This document shows positions 9,463 through 19,567 of a stretch of 64,000 bases of DNA, in pieces. A program made the position numbers and the translations under genes. This DNA comes from a virus, in IMG/VR virus record IMGVR_UViG_3300012009_000091, positions 1-64,000 of that record, one strand, 5' to 3'. The notes beneath the pieces are model-generated. The model was not told the origin of the DNA and made no database searches. It saw nothing but the letters and a program-made list of their open reading frames with translations. Numbering within the stretch: the first letter of the stretch is position 1; each line of letters opens with the position of its first letter.

Positions 9463-10178
9463 CACTCAGTCGAGCAGAACGCGATATCGAGATATGGCGC
9501 GCGTGGCGTGCGGATCCTGGTCCACACACAACAGAACCACTGCTCGATTCGATTGAACCCATCGTGGAAAGTACTGTACGCAGTGTTTATGGTCGAGGTT
9601 TGACTGGCGGACGTATGCGTGTTCCGCGGGTGGTTGTGAAAGGGATGGCGAATAACCTTGCCTTAAAGCAACTCGAGACAAATTACAGTCCCGACAAATC
9701 CCAGATCAATACCTACCTGACCAACTGGTTGAGTCGAAAGTTAGCTCCCGAATTAAACACGTATCAAAATATCGTACGTATTCCACACGGGAAAGCTGAG
9801 GATATTAAACCGATTCAGCGTGTTACTAATGAGTTGGAAGAGAAGCTTCAACGGACCCCTTCTGATCAAGATATCGCTGACTACATGAAGTTGCCGGAGA
9901 AACACATACAGGCCGTTCGTCATCAAGCGTCTCAGAAGGATTACATCGCCAGTAAGGCGGAGCTCGAAACTGGATTATTCCAGACGCCGTTTCAGCGCGC
10001 GCTACGGCAGACATACATCGATTTACCGTCTCAGGATCGAGCGCTCTTTGATCTGTGGGTCAAACAAAACAAAAAGCCGGATGAGCTGATGAACTTGCTG
10101 AACGTCAATCGACGACAGTTGTCTGAAAGTCAGTCGAGAATTCGGTCTCATCTCTCCGAGAACTTGGCATTCTCATGA
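9459..10178 (+). CDS. Phage sigma-70-family RNA polymerase sigma factor (group 3 / FliA-SigF-like architecture)
   Basis: Region 2 YSPDKSQINTYLTNWL...IVRIP; region 3 ELEEKLQRTPSDQDIADYM; region 4-like LPSQDRALF...ELMNLLNVNRRQL. Confidence 0.85.
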   Translation: MTLSRAERDIEIWRAWRADPGPHTTEPLLDSIEPIVESTVRSVYGRGLTGGRMRVPRVVVKGMANNLALKQLETNYSPDKSQINTYLTNWLSRKLAPELNTYQNIVRIPHGKAEDIKPIQRVTNELEEKLQRTPSDQDIADYMKLPEKHIQAVRHQASQKDYIASKAELETGLFQTPFQRALRQTYIDLPSQDRALFDLWVKQNKKPDELMNLLNVNRRQLSESQSRIRSHLSENLAFS

Positions 10179-10372
10179 CGGATGAACAAGAACAGTTGCT
10201 TACTGATTTAGAGACTGCGGCGAATGAGTACGCTGAGAGGGAAACGCTCCGACTCCAAAAACGGGCCGCCCTTCTGAGACGTCTAAACACGCGAGTTGAT
10301 GATTTTGTCAACTCGGTGGTGTCTACCCAGGCACGTCTGGTACTCTCAGATATCGACTCTTTGTTGGGGTAG
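10175..10372 (+). CDS. Small helical hypothetical protein
   Basis: ATGA overlap with the sigma gene; fills the gap. Confidence 0.55.
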   Translation: MTDEQEQLLTDLETAANEYAERETLRLQKRAALLRRLNTRVDDFVNSVVSTQARLVLSDIDSLLG

Positions 10373-10375
10373 CAC

Positions 10376-10987
10376 ATGTCCTTGGTTGAAGTCACAGTTC
10401 AAGTCCAGACAGACGATGCTGCTCCTGTGCCCATTGAGGATGCGTATTACACCCTTCAGGATGACGGGCAGACGCAAGTTCTAGAGGAGGGGGCAACAGA
10501 TGCGTCAGGCGAGGCTGGGCCTTTCGCGTTGACCGCTGGCGAGACGTACAAGCTTTTGCTGCGCAAAGACAGGGTGACATTCACCGTACCCGAGTCTTTC
10601 GCAGTCACTGGTCCGCTTCCGGAAACTCAGACTTTCACAGGATCGCCGTTTACCGTTGGTACACCCTCTGATCCGTCTTTATGTCGGGTCTATGGGGATG
10701 TCCGACGATTGGATGTGTTTCCTTGGGAGGGTTGCACGGTCCTGGTTGACAATCTGTATAACAACGCTGTGATTGGCGATTTGTTGATCCTTCATCCCCG
10801 GCTTGAGGCGCAGACGGACTCTTCCGGCGTTTGGTGGATTGATCTGTTGCGTGGTTCGGTAGTGCGCTTCTCGTTTCAATACGCTAGGTTGATTATGCGG
10901 GTGCAGGTACCCGATCAATCATCGATAGATCTGGCTACTCTCTATCAATCGGCAGAATCGGAGATCGGTGAAGTGGTAAGAGGCTGA
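10376..10987 (+). CDS. Beta-sandwich (carboxypeptidase-regulatory/Ig-like) virion protein
   Basis: PIEDA...GATDASGEA...L.AGETY pattern; C-half is paralogous to the N-half of 15278..15931. Confidence 0.55.
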   Translation: MSLVEVTVQVQTDDAAPVPIEDAYYTLQDDGQTQVLEEGATDASGEAGPFALTAGETYKLLLRKDRVTFTVPESFAVTGPLPETQTFTGSPFTVGTPSDPSLCRVYGDVRRLDVFPWEGCTVLVDNLYNNAVIGDLLILHPRLEAQTDSSGVWWIDLLRGSVVRFSFQYARLIMRVQVPDQSSIDLATLYQSAESEIGEVVRG

Positions 10988-10988
10988 T

Positions 10989-13049
10989 ATGACCGAACGA
11001 AGACTCAGATGGCACCAACGATACCCGCGCCTAGCGACCAAAGACGCCTCGGAGGACATCACTCTCGAGTCGGATCGAGATGTGTTTGTTCAAGCGGTCG
11101 GCGAAATCTCTTTGATGACAACGGCTGGATCTGGTTCGGACATTACCCTTAATGCTGCGGGAAAGATCTTCACTGCAGCCAGCGAGAACATTGAGTCATA
11201 CTCAGGTACATATATTTATCTGGAGAGTGGGACGTTCGTTAGTATCCATACAGATACGTATTTTCGGCTCTTCTCTGATGAGTATGTTTATCTGCGCGCG
11301 AAGATGCAAGAAGCTCTTTTAGCTGCTACCTCGTCGGCTGTCCCGCTGACGGGAAATCAAGACGTGATCCTGGCGGCAGATGCCGATATCAGAAAGATTG
11401 CTACAGGTGACGTACTGTCACTTTCTTCGTCTGGAGGCATCTGTTTGAGTACGGACGACACGGTAGCTTCTCCGTATTCTGGATGGACTCCTGTATCGCC
11501 GGGTACTATTGAAATTCAGGCGCATTCCACGGCCCCTGTGAACAACAGGATCTCGTTGAGTTCTAAGCTTGAGGGATCCGCTCTTAGTGCGGAAATTCAT
11601 CTGGCTGCAGATGAAGATATTTCCATTGACTCGAATGGTGCGCTATCCTTGGATACCACGGGAGGGAGCGGCGACGTCACAATCTCCTCAGGCGGTGCGA
11701 TTGATGTGCGAGCACTGCTCTCTACGTTTCATGTGGTCACAGGGGCGGGAGTTCAGATCTCGTCTAAGACAGGCATTGGGCTCCCTGGTGCGGGGATGGG
11801 AAACTATCTCCATTTTTACTCCGACGACAAGACTGGAATCTCCAGTGAAGACGATATCAACCTCCTGACAACTGTCGCGACGGCTGGGATTCGACTGTCG
11901 ACGCAAGCGACTGAAACGTACAATAATCCGACGAATATCACTACCGGGAACATTGAGATTCTCTCTAGTGAGAGTATCGATATCACGGCTGCGGATGACG
12001 TGACCATAACCGGAACAACCGGCAATGGGGGTATGATCTTTACTTCTGGTTGGCTGGTTCTACAGGGCGACTATACGCAGGTAATGGGGCTGGGCGCATC
12101 GGGACTCACTCTTGCGGGTAATACGGGCCCATTGTCCGGATCGGCTGGCACGAATATCACTTTCTCTGCTGACGAGGATATCCGTCTTCGCGCAGAAACC
12201 GGTCATGCATATCTAGCGACTGCTCACAGTCCTACGCCTAGTGACGGTCACATCATCATCACGGCGGATGTTGATGGTCGACTCTTGTGTGATCGACATA
12301 TCATTCTTCAAGGCAATACACCTGTTTATTCCGGAGCAGCGGGTACAGGTGGGATTCTCTTGGATCTCGAGGGTGAGCTAGTTGATTCTGAGTCAGGTGT
12401 GCCTGGGTCGGACTACGAAAACCGGGTGACGTGTTGTGCTCCCGAAGGTTTTCATTCTCGTGTCGGACAAGATGATACCTATACTGACCCTAAGCTCATC
12501 AAGTTGGCTGTAGCTCCCATGTCTGGGTCTCCGTTTGGAGTTGTGTCGTTATCTACTTCGTGGTCTACCGGGTTGGTAGATCTGGAGCCGTCGGCGGCGG
12601 TCATGTACGGCTTGGTTCATCTCCCTTTTGATGTTGAGTTGGTCATGGTCTATGTTCAACTCAGAGGAGATGCGGCAGGAGTTTCGTTTACAATTGGTTT
12701 GATGCGGAAGGATGTGGATTCTGGTGGTGATCCAACTCCAACACAGTTAGTCATTGCCAGCGGTTCTAATTCGGTGAGTACGACTGCGACGTACTTTGCT
12801 TTGCACGGCAATGGGGCTGGATCTACAATCATGACTACTATTGGAAGTAGCCCGCCATCGGATTCTTTTGTAGGCAATCAATCCAACTGGTTTAATGCAG
12901 TCAACAACGAATCGCGAGGTGACGGTTCTGGCGATACGAAATGGGAGGAGCATGGTTTTCTCATTGGCATTCACAACGACGATAGCGTTGATGATCTGCA
13001 CGTTCATGATATTGTCGTTGTGTACCGTGCAAAGGCATCGTATCCATAG
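10989..13049 (+). CDS. Putative beta-helical tail spike/fibre protein
   Basis: Repeated I-x-L-x-A/S-x-x-D-I units typical of triple beta-helix; S/T/G-rich. Confidence 0.55.
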   Translation: MTERRLRWHQRYPRLATKDASEDITLESDRDVFVQAVGEISLMTTAGSGSDITLNAAGKIFTAASENIESYSGTYIYLESGTFVSIHTDTYFRLFSDEYVYLRAKMQEALLAATSSAVPLTGNQDVILAADADIRKIATGDVLSLSSSGGICLSTDDTVASPYSGWTPVSPGTIEIQAHSTAPVNNRISLSSKLEGSALSAEIHLAADEDISIDSNGALSLDTTGGSGDVTISSGGAIDVRALLSTFHVVTGAGVQISSKTGIGLPGAGMGNYLHFYSDDKTGISSEDDINLLTTVATAGIRLSTQATETYNNPTNITTGNIEILSSESIDITAADDVTITGTTGNGGMIFTSGWLVLQGDYTQVMGLGASGLTLAGNTGPLSGSAGTNITFSADEDIRLRAETGHAYLATAHSPTPSDGHIIITADVDGRLLCDRHIILQGNTPVYSGAAGTGGILLDLEGELVDSESGVPGSDYENRVTCCAPEGFHSRVGQDDTYTDPKLIKLAVAPMSGSPFGVVSLSTSWSTGLVDLEPSAAVMYGLVHLPFDVELVMVYVQLRGDAAGVSFTIGLMRKDVDSGGDPTPTQLVIASGSNSVSTTATYFALHGNGAGSTIMTTIGSSPPSDSFVGNQSNWFNAVNNESRGDGSGDTKWEEHGFLIGIHNDDSVDDLHVHDIVVVYRAKASYP

Positions 13050-13057
13050 GAGCTGAC

Positions 13058-13597
13058 ATGCAGGAAGTACGCAAAAACACCGTCAGCGAACTTGTAGTTC
13101 AGCTCCTGGACTACTCTGGTGCTCCTAAGACTGGGGCAGTCAAAGGAGACGTCGATCCTTACTACCGTAAGATGGGTGGTGCGAGTACTCAATTACCAGG
13201 TACGGATTTTGATTGGACAGAAATCGATTCAACCAACATGCCTGGTTTGTATTTGTTCACGTTCAATGCGACAGCGGTCGCTAACAATGTTCTGGATACT
13301 CTTGGACAAACAACCATCGTGCTGAATGATCAGACTGGAGGCGTGTTTTCTCGTCATCAAGAGATCATCATCGTGACCGCCGATTACTCGTGGCTATCTC
13401 TACAGCGCATTTTGGGGCTCAACCTCGAGAACGCGAAGTTGAAGCCTACTGCTGTTAACAGTGCTGGGTTCATGACGACCGGTACTTTGGAAATCTACGA
13501 GGACAACGGGCTAACGACCCTTGTGGCTACCTACAATGTGGCGGTGACATATAGTCCGGCCAACGTTCTTCAGCTGCATCAGGTGACGAAGATATGA
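13058..13597 (+). CDS. Putative virion structural protein
   Basis: SD AGGAG; WTEIDSTNMPGLY segment; located in the structural cluster. Confidence 0.5.
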   Translation: MQEVRKNTVSELVVQLLDYSGAPKTGAVKGDVDPYYRKMGGASTQLPGTDFDWTEIDSTNMPGLYLFTFNATAVANNVLDTLGQTTIVLNDQTGGVFSRHQEIIIVTADYSWLSLQRILGLNLENAKLKPTAVNSAGFMTTGTLEIYEDNGLTTLVATYNVAVTYSPANVLQLHQVTKI

Positions 13598-13857
13598 GTG
13601 TATCTGATCACATTCGTATGGCGGCCAATGGGGCTTGGGGAGACCTTACAGGCGGGATGCTGTCTTCTGGCGGGATGATTGTTGAGATTGGATCTGTATC
13701 TGTATCTACTTCTGGTCTGTTCGCTCGTCCGTATGAGAGGCACCCCATGTCCGCTGTCGATGGGGCTCCCGAGGCGCCAGCACCCGCTAATGTAGACACG
13801 GCTTCTGCTGAACCTAGTGTCAATTCTCGGGCCGGCAAATTCATCGTGAGGAGGTAA
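13594..13857 (+). CDS. Small hypothetical protein
   Basis: ATGA overlap; fills the gap in the operon. Confidence 0.45.
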   Translation: MSVSDHIRMAANGAWGDLTGGMLSSGGMIVEIGSVSVSTSGLFARPYERHPMSAVDGAPEAPAPANVDTASAEPSVNSRAGKFIVRR

Positions 13858-13859
13858 GC

Positions 13860-14762
13860 ATGGCTTCGTATGTAAAACGGGCCATTGTCGATACAGAGGA
13901 TATGTTCTGGAAGATCCAGTATTTCCTCCGTAGTAGCTTATTGGCCAGCTGGGCCTATGTCGACGGTCGATACAACAGCCTGGACGGTGTAGCTGAATCG
14001 ACTTTCGGTGGTGAGACGGCCGGAGGAAGTTTGGCTGACGGTGACTATGTTGTGCTTCATATCCCTGCTACGACTGATTCCGATCGAGGTGTAGTACAGG
14101 TGAAGTTCAACACGACAGGCAGTCGACGGGTTGAGCTGTATGCTCACCCAGGAGGCTGGGATGCAGGCGTGCATGCTCCGAAAGAGCTTACTCAAGTGTT
14201 GGGGGACAGCACCACGATTGCCTGTGGTGATGATGACATCGACGAGATTCATCTCATTGTCGACTCAACTCGAGCGATCATTTGGGGTCGGGTTACTGGC
14301 GGCGTAACGCCCTACTACTTCGGCTATCTCGGGTTCATCCAATCTCACTATGGAGACATCGATTCCACTCCCGATCCGAACCCGCTTCTGGTGACAGGAG
14401 GCAGGAATATTCCTGGTGAACTGGGTTCGGCAGCTCCGATGTACATGCTTACTTCTGATCCAATCTCTGTCGTTACTTACAAAGTCCTTCGGTCCACTGG
14501 GCTATTGGATACTGACGGTGCTGATATGTTGGACACCATGCAGTACAACTACCGAGAAGACCCACCGATCGCGTCGAGAACTTTGATTGCGTGTCTGATC
14601 GGTACTGCTACTGTTCTCCAGAAGGAAATCCGTGGTGAGTTGACCGGGGTGTTCTATTATGGCCCTCATGGTTCCCTGTCTGATGAAACACCTGTAGGCC
14701 GTTCGGATGGGCAATACATGGTGTACAATGACGTTGTGACTGGCCCCATTGCCCCTGCGTGA
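13860..14762 (+). CDS. Putative virion structural protein
   Basis: Strong SD GAGGAGGT; beta-rich; structural operon. Confidence 0.55.
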   Translation: MASYVKRAIVDTEDMFWKIQYFLRSSLLASWAYVDGRYNSLDGVAESTFGGETAGGSLADGDYVVLHIPATTDSDRGVVQVKFNTTGSRRVELYAHPGGWDAGVHAPKELTQVLGDSTTIACGDDDIDEIHLIVDSTRAIIWGRVTGGVTPYYFGYLGFIQSHYGDIDSTPDPNPLLVTGGRNIPGELGSAAPMYMLTSDPISVVTYKVLRSTGLLDTDGADMLDTMQYNYREDPPIASRTLIACLIGTATVLQKEIRGELTGVFYYGPHGSLSDETPVGRSDGQYMVYNDVVTGPIAPA

Positions 14763-14765
14763 CCT

Positions 14766-15278
14766 ATGGTTCGTTTTGTAGTCAAGACTCCGACTGGTGA
14801 TCCGATCCCCGATGTTTCCGTTCGAGTGCTTGACGCCTCTGGCATTCTGGCGGCTTCTGGCACAACAGACGGTTTCGGCTATCTCGATTTAGATCTTGTC
14901 GTTGGATCATATTCTGTCTGGTATTCACGAGGTGGATATGCTCGACCTTCTGCTCCATATAATTTGGAAGTGCCAGCTGACGAAATCATTCTCAGCTCGG
15001 GTTGGCCAGACCCTTTGATTCCAGATCAATCTCTGGTATTGATAGGGTCTGGATTTGAGTCAACTCCGGCAGACAATATTGTGCGTTTCACTACTGAAAT
15101 AGGAACCATCGACAAAGCAGGAGCGGACGTCTCCATGGCCAACGATGTGCTCGTTGTGACTGCCCCTTCGGCTGTAGAGCTTGGGGCTGTTGCAGAGACT
15201 AGTGTGTTGGTGATCAAGTCTAATCCAACGCCGCCGCCAGCTGAGATTGAGAGTAACACCATTACGTTGAACATCTGA
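14766..15278 (+). CDS. Carboxypeptidase-regulatory-like plus IPT/TIG Ig-like domain protein
   Basis: GDPIPDVSV...SGTTDGFG...GSYSV...GY, then LVLIGSGFESTPADNIVRF...LVVTAP (TIG signature). Confidence 0.65.
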   Translation: MVRFVVKTPTGDPIPDVSVRVLDASGILAASGTTDGFGYLDLDLVVGSYSVWYSRGGYARPSAPYNLEVPADEIILSSGWPDPLIPDQSLVLIGSGFESTPADNIVRFTTEIGTIDKAGADVSMANDVLVVTAPSAVELGAVAETSVLVIKSNPTPPPAEIESNTITLNI

Positions 15279-15931
15279 TGCCACAGATAGTAAACTTGAC
15301 ATTGACGCCCTCCACAGAACCGGAGCTGTGTCGTGTTGCTGCCGACTTTCGCTTGCCGGACGGACGTCCCATCAATCGTCTTCATGTTCGGATTTTGACT
15401 TGGCCAGATGACCAGGGTGCGCTTGTAGCGCAGTCTCTTTCTGTCCTAGGGGCAGTAGATTACTACACCGACCGGTATGGACATGTCGAATTTGATTTGG
15501 TTCAAGGCGGCACGTTTGTTATCTGGCTGGGGTTGCAGACGGAGGTTCGGCATAAATTCGTTTGCCCTGACGTTGCTGAAGCGAATTTGTTCGACTACCT
15601 CTATCCGTATCTTGCCAGCATCGAAATGTCCGAGTCTTCTTACGCTATGGAAGTAGGAGAGACAATCGGGTTGTTAGCAACCGGAACGTACAGCGACGGA
15701 TCGACATGTAATGTGACTAGCGCTGTGACGTTTCAGAGTGGGAATTCGAGTATTGCTTCTATCAGCAATGCCAGTGTCACAGGAGAGTCAGTCGGATCTA
15801 CGACTATCAACATTGATTCTGTTCTCGATTCTGCCCTCCCAGAACATGAAGATATGTTGGAGCGCTCCTATGTGCACATTCCTTCTCCTTTCTATGTGAT
15901 TGGTACGAATCGCACTGTTACTGTGTCGTGA
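15278..15931 (+). CDS. Ig-like (Big_2) domain virion protein
   Basis: VGETIGLLATGTYSDGSTCNVT...SGNSSIASI...VTGESVGSTTI is a typical Big_2 signature. Confidence 0.75.
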   Translation: MPQIVNLTLTPSTEPELCRVAADFRLPDGRPINRLHVRILTWPDDQGALVAQSLSVLGAVDYYTDRYGHVEFDLVQGGTFVIWLGLQTEVRHKFVCPDVAEANLFDYLYPYLASIEMSESSYAMEVGETIGLLATGTYSDGSTCNVTSAVTFQSGNSSIASISNASVTGESVGSTTINIDSVLDSALPEHEDMLERSYVHIPSPFYVIGTNRTVTVS

Positions 15932-16401
15932 ATGAAGCCGGGGCTGTCAGCCAGTTTGTCAGGCAACGACTGGAGGGCTACCTGAGGGACCGGCAAAGTG
16001 TGCTTCCTCCCCATACTAAATTGCTCATCCAACTCTTGATTCATGCCATTCGCGAATGGATGGGTGTTCGCGATGAGATATTGAAACCCAGAGACGCCAG
16101 ATGTATGCAGCGGATGGAGATCTACCATCAAGTGCATGACTGGTTCTGGTCGGACTCGGATTTCATTGGTACTGTGTGGGTGGTAACTCGAAAGCGCGGC
16201 AAAGAGAAAACTAGCCGCGCTGGTCTTATCACTTTTGGGGCCATTTGTATGGCTCTAGATGTGAACCCAAAGACGATTCGACGGCTCTTGGAAGCTCGTA
16301 CGTTCGGAGATATAGAGGACATCTACTATGGAGTTTTCGGTACAGAGCATCGAACAGGAGCTACGGACTCTGCTTCGTGGTGGGATCCGGACAGCCTTTG
16401 A
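15928..16401 (+). CDS. Hypothetical protein, possible small DNA-binding regulator
   Basis: LLIHAIREW...DWFWSD...TFGAICMALDVNPKTIRRLL; HTH-like C-terminal segment. Confidence 0.5.
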   Translation: MNEAGAVSQFVRQRLEGYLRDRQSVLPPHTKLLIQLLIHAIREWMGVRDEILKPRDARCMQRMEIYHQVHDWFWSDSDFIGTVWVVTRKRGKEKTSRAGLITFGAICMALDVNPKTIRRLLEARTFGDIEDIYYGVFGTEHRTGATDSASWWDPDSL

Positions 16402-19261
16402 TCAGAATGGTCTGGTCAATGTCGACGAAAAGGTGGCATCCATCTTCGAGCAGCTCGCATTGATCATGCTGCTCAATCCCGAGAGTATCTACACGCTCTT
16501 TGGTAAGTATGTATCTTTTCACATTGATGCCCTCAATAACCTTCTGGAAGAAATTCGCCTCTTTTATCATGAACGGTACCTTGCTGGGTTGCCTGCTCAA
16601 ACGGATGGATCTTCGCTGTCGATTGATGCGGTGGTGGGCGCTGAACGGTCGTTCTTTGTGTATAACCAAGCGGTGGCAGGAACCGCCCCCTCTTCACGAG
16701 ATGTCGAGACGTCTCAACAGGCCATTCAAACGTGCATAGATGAGCTTCTCCCAAATGTGAATGCTCTTACAAAAAGACAAGCACGTTCGACTTTAATTGC
16801 CGCCCTGAATAGCTTGGAGACCTTCTATGAGAGAGTTTCGTGGCAAGACCTCGAGGCCTACGTGGAAAAGTTCGATCGGAGCGCGTTGAGCTCTGCTACA
16901 TTCTATTCACTCGCGGCACGGATTCGACATCGACTCCAGAAGACGTCGTTCGATCTCTATTATCGTCGTGAGGACGCCCGGGTTGCAATCAGCGATCAGG
17001 TTCTGGTAGTTATGGCGACGGCCAAACGTATACTGGAACTTCTGACGGATTTTCCCGATGTAGACGGATCTGTAGTCGTCCCTCCGTTTGAGGATATGGT
17101 TCTTGTTGACGACGATTTGATCGTTAGAGGGATAAGTGGCCAAACTCACCCTCTCCTTCTTGTGTTAGATGGTACACCGTCGGCTTTGTTGAAAGTCACC
17201 GCACAGCCGCTTTCAGCATCTGATCCATATACCCGTCGTGTGGGTGTTACTCTTCCTGTTCAAGCAGCGCTCTCGTTCTCTGTTGAGGTGGTTGAAGAAC
17301 CCCTTATTTCCAGTACTTTTGAGTCTGTTCCAGATCAAAAATTGGCGGGCTCGGGAGCGACACCTATCGCGCCGTTTCCCACGGGTGGGGTTTACGGGCC
17401 GCATCTTCAACATGTCGGTGCATCCTTCTTGGCAAATGGAGTTGAGAGTGGGGATCGACTCTACCAATCTGCTGCTGGAGCGACTTATAACGGGTATTGG
17501 GAGACCGTCCTTAGTCTTCCATCATCTAACCCGCATGAGCTGTTGGATATTGTGGATGACCACTTCGAAGATGGTACGTCGGTGACGTACTATATCTATG
17601 CAGAGGCCACTAATATTCTCCGTGATACTGAGGCGAATTTTGGTTTCTCCCTTTTAGGTGCTCGTATAGATGTGGCTGGAGGAACTACTTATGTGCGCCG
17701 TGTTCTCAGTGAAACTGAGCTCGAGCTGGGAGATGCTATTCTCCCTCTTCGCTTTGTCAACGGGGTGTCTACGCCGTCTGGATTGGATGCGTCCGGTCAG
17801 AAGTACGCGTATGCGGTTTATGAGAGTCCAACGAGTTTGGGACGCACTGTCCAAACGACAGAGATCAATTTTTTCACGTATCACGTTCCACCTCGAACCT
17901 TGTTTCGTTTGAATGACGGCTCATCTAACTATCGCGTGTCTGTGTCCACGATTGTGGACGATCGTGAGCTGAGAATCCGCGAAGCAGTTCCACCAGGAAC
18001 CTATACGGCTTTACTGCTACATCAGATCTTGCCGGGTGACGTGTTGTTGGTAGATAGACGGCGCTATCGCATCACAGATGTTTTAGCTCAAGATCTGATT
18101 GCTGTTTCGCCAGGTGTTCCGTCTGGTCTTGCTAATGCCCGCGCTCGCGTTTTGCCGGCAGGCATCGGTATGAGTACGAAGCAGTTTCATGATCCGGCAG
18201 CGACATTCATCTCGGACGGAGTACACGCGGGCCATCTGTTGATCGTATCTGTCGAAAGTAGCCAGATGAAGTTGGGGATCACCGCTGTAGTATCCGAGAC
18301 TACATTGATTCTTCGCCAGCCGATCCCAGCGGATGAAAAGGATCTCGAGTATACGATTGTTTCGGAAGATGATGACAATACGGAGTGGATATCGACTACC
18401 TCGACTTCTTTGGCACCCGCCGCTGCTGATGATGTTCTAGCAGTCAACGGGCTGCGTCCGTCCATCGTCAAGGGGTTTCAATCCAGTGATACCCTGATCG
18501 CTCGTCCTGGTTTTCCGCTGATTACGGACGCTTCTCCAGCACTCATTGCGCGTGGGGGCGTGTCTGGGTACGCACACTATGCGTTGGTGCAAGAACGTCT
18601 CTTTGGTTCCGGAGCCCCGTCTTGGCCAACTTTGGAAAACTTTCGCTTGCAACTCAGCGATGTGTTGTACAATCTTGATGACACCGGCGTGTTATTGCTG
18701 ACAGACACCATGACCTTGCAGGATCTTAAAGAGGGGACGACTGTCACGTCGTGGATTCGCCCATCCACTTGGGATTTGTCGGGGATTCGTTTTGGGGACA
18801 TGTTGTACTTCGAGATTTTGGATGGATCGGGCGACGTTGTTCCGTTCACTCGATACATTCGGGATTGGTCGTCTTCTGATAGGTTGATCACATTCTTTCC
18901 TCCAGTTGATTTCGGACAACTTTCTACAAGAGAGGCAAGTGTACAAAGGCGACGGTCTGCCGTTTCTAACGCGTTTTATGAACTCCATATGGTTGAGGTG
19001 GCGGCAGAGAACGTTCGAGAGATTCTATTGGGTTTGGTTTCTCCGACAGTGCCACCTCTCGAGTCGTTTTTAGGTTATCTCGAGGAGCATGGCCTTCAAC
19101 GGGCACGAGACCTCTTGTTAGCTGCAGACATAGAGACACTCGCCCAATCGACTGGTCAAGGCCTGTCATATGCTGGTAGGTTAGAAGAGCTGATCGAACA
19201 GGGCGTCGGCCTTCTAGGCTCCGAAGAAGACTCGCTGTTGGATTCAGACGAATCTTGGTAG
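16328..19261 (+). CDS. Large virion/baseplate protein with internal beta-barrel repeats
   Basis: Helical termini; repeats ASFLANGVESGDRL, ATFISDGVHAGHLL, ILPGDVLL, GIRFGDML. Confidence 0.55.
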   Translation: MEFSVQSIEQELRTLLRGGIRTAFDQNGLVNVDEKVASIFEQLALIMLLNPESIYTLFGKYVSFHIDALNNLLEEIRLFYHERYLAGLPAQTDGSSLSIDAVVGAERSFFVYNQAVAGTAPSSRDVETSQQAIQTCIDELLPNVNALTKRQARSTLIAALNSLETFYERVSWQDLEAYVEKFDRSALSSATFYSLAARIRHRLQKTSFDLYYRREDARVAISDQVLVVMATAKRILELLTDFPDVDGSVVVPPFEDMVLVDDDLIVRGISGQTHPLLLVLDGTPSALLKVTAQPLSASDPYTRRVGVTLPVQAALSFSVEVVEEPLISSTFESVPDQKLAGSGATPIAPFPTGGVYGPHLQHVGASFLANGVESGDRLYQSAAGATYNGYWETVLSLPSSNPHELLDIVDDHFEDGTSVTYYIYAEATNILRDTEANFGFSLLGARIDVAGGTTYVRRVLSETELELGDAILPLRFVNGVSTPSGLDASGQKYAYAVYESPTSLGRTVQTTEINFFTYHVPPRTLFRLNDGSSNYRVSVSTIVDDRELRIREAVPPGTYTALLLHQILPGDVLLVDRRRYRITDVLAQDLIAVSPGVPSGLANARARVLPAGIGMSTKQFHDPAATFISDGVHAGHLLIVSVESSQMKLGITAVVSETTLILRQPIPADEKDLEYTIVSEDDDNTEWISTTSTSLAPAAADDVLAVNGLRPSIVKGFQSSDTLIARPGFPLITDASPALIARGGVSGYAHYALVQERLFGSGAPSWPTLENFRLQLSDVLYNLDDTGVLLLTDTMTLQDLKEGTTVTSWIRPSTWDLSGIRFGDMLYFEILDGSGDVVPFTRYIRDWSSSDRLITFFPPVDFGQLSTREASVQRRRSAVSNAFYELHMVEVAAENVREILLGLVSPTVPPLESFLGYLEEHGLQRARDLLLAADIETLAQSTGQGLSYAGRLEELIEQGVGLLGSEEDSLLDSDESW

Positions 19262-19270
19262 GAGAGCCGT

Positions 19271-19567
19271 ATGTCTGACTCTGAAGAGGCTCAAAGAATC
19301 GCGTCGCGCCAGCATTTGCGAGAGAGACTCGCGCGGGGCTACTCGTTCGTACAATCGACACATGTAACAGAGACCATTGCCGGCTTGACCTTAGATGACG
19401 TTCGGCAGATGGAGCTGGAGCAAATTGAAGGGCCAGCGGATCCCGAATTTCCGAGATCGATCTATATAAACCGCCGTTTATCCAAATTACAGCGGATAGA
19501 AGAAGTTCGGCTAGGAGTGGTGTCAGCTGTTCACGCATTGCTCCATAACGAAGACTTGATCGCATGA
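19271..19567 (+). CDS. Small hypothetical protein
   Basis: SD AGGAG; ATGA overlap with the next gene. Confidence 0.55.
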   Translation: MSDSEEAQRIASRQHLRERLARGYSFVQSTHVTETIAGLTLDDVRQMELEQIEGPADPEFPRSIYINRRLSKLQRIEEVRLGVVSAVHALLHNEDLIA

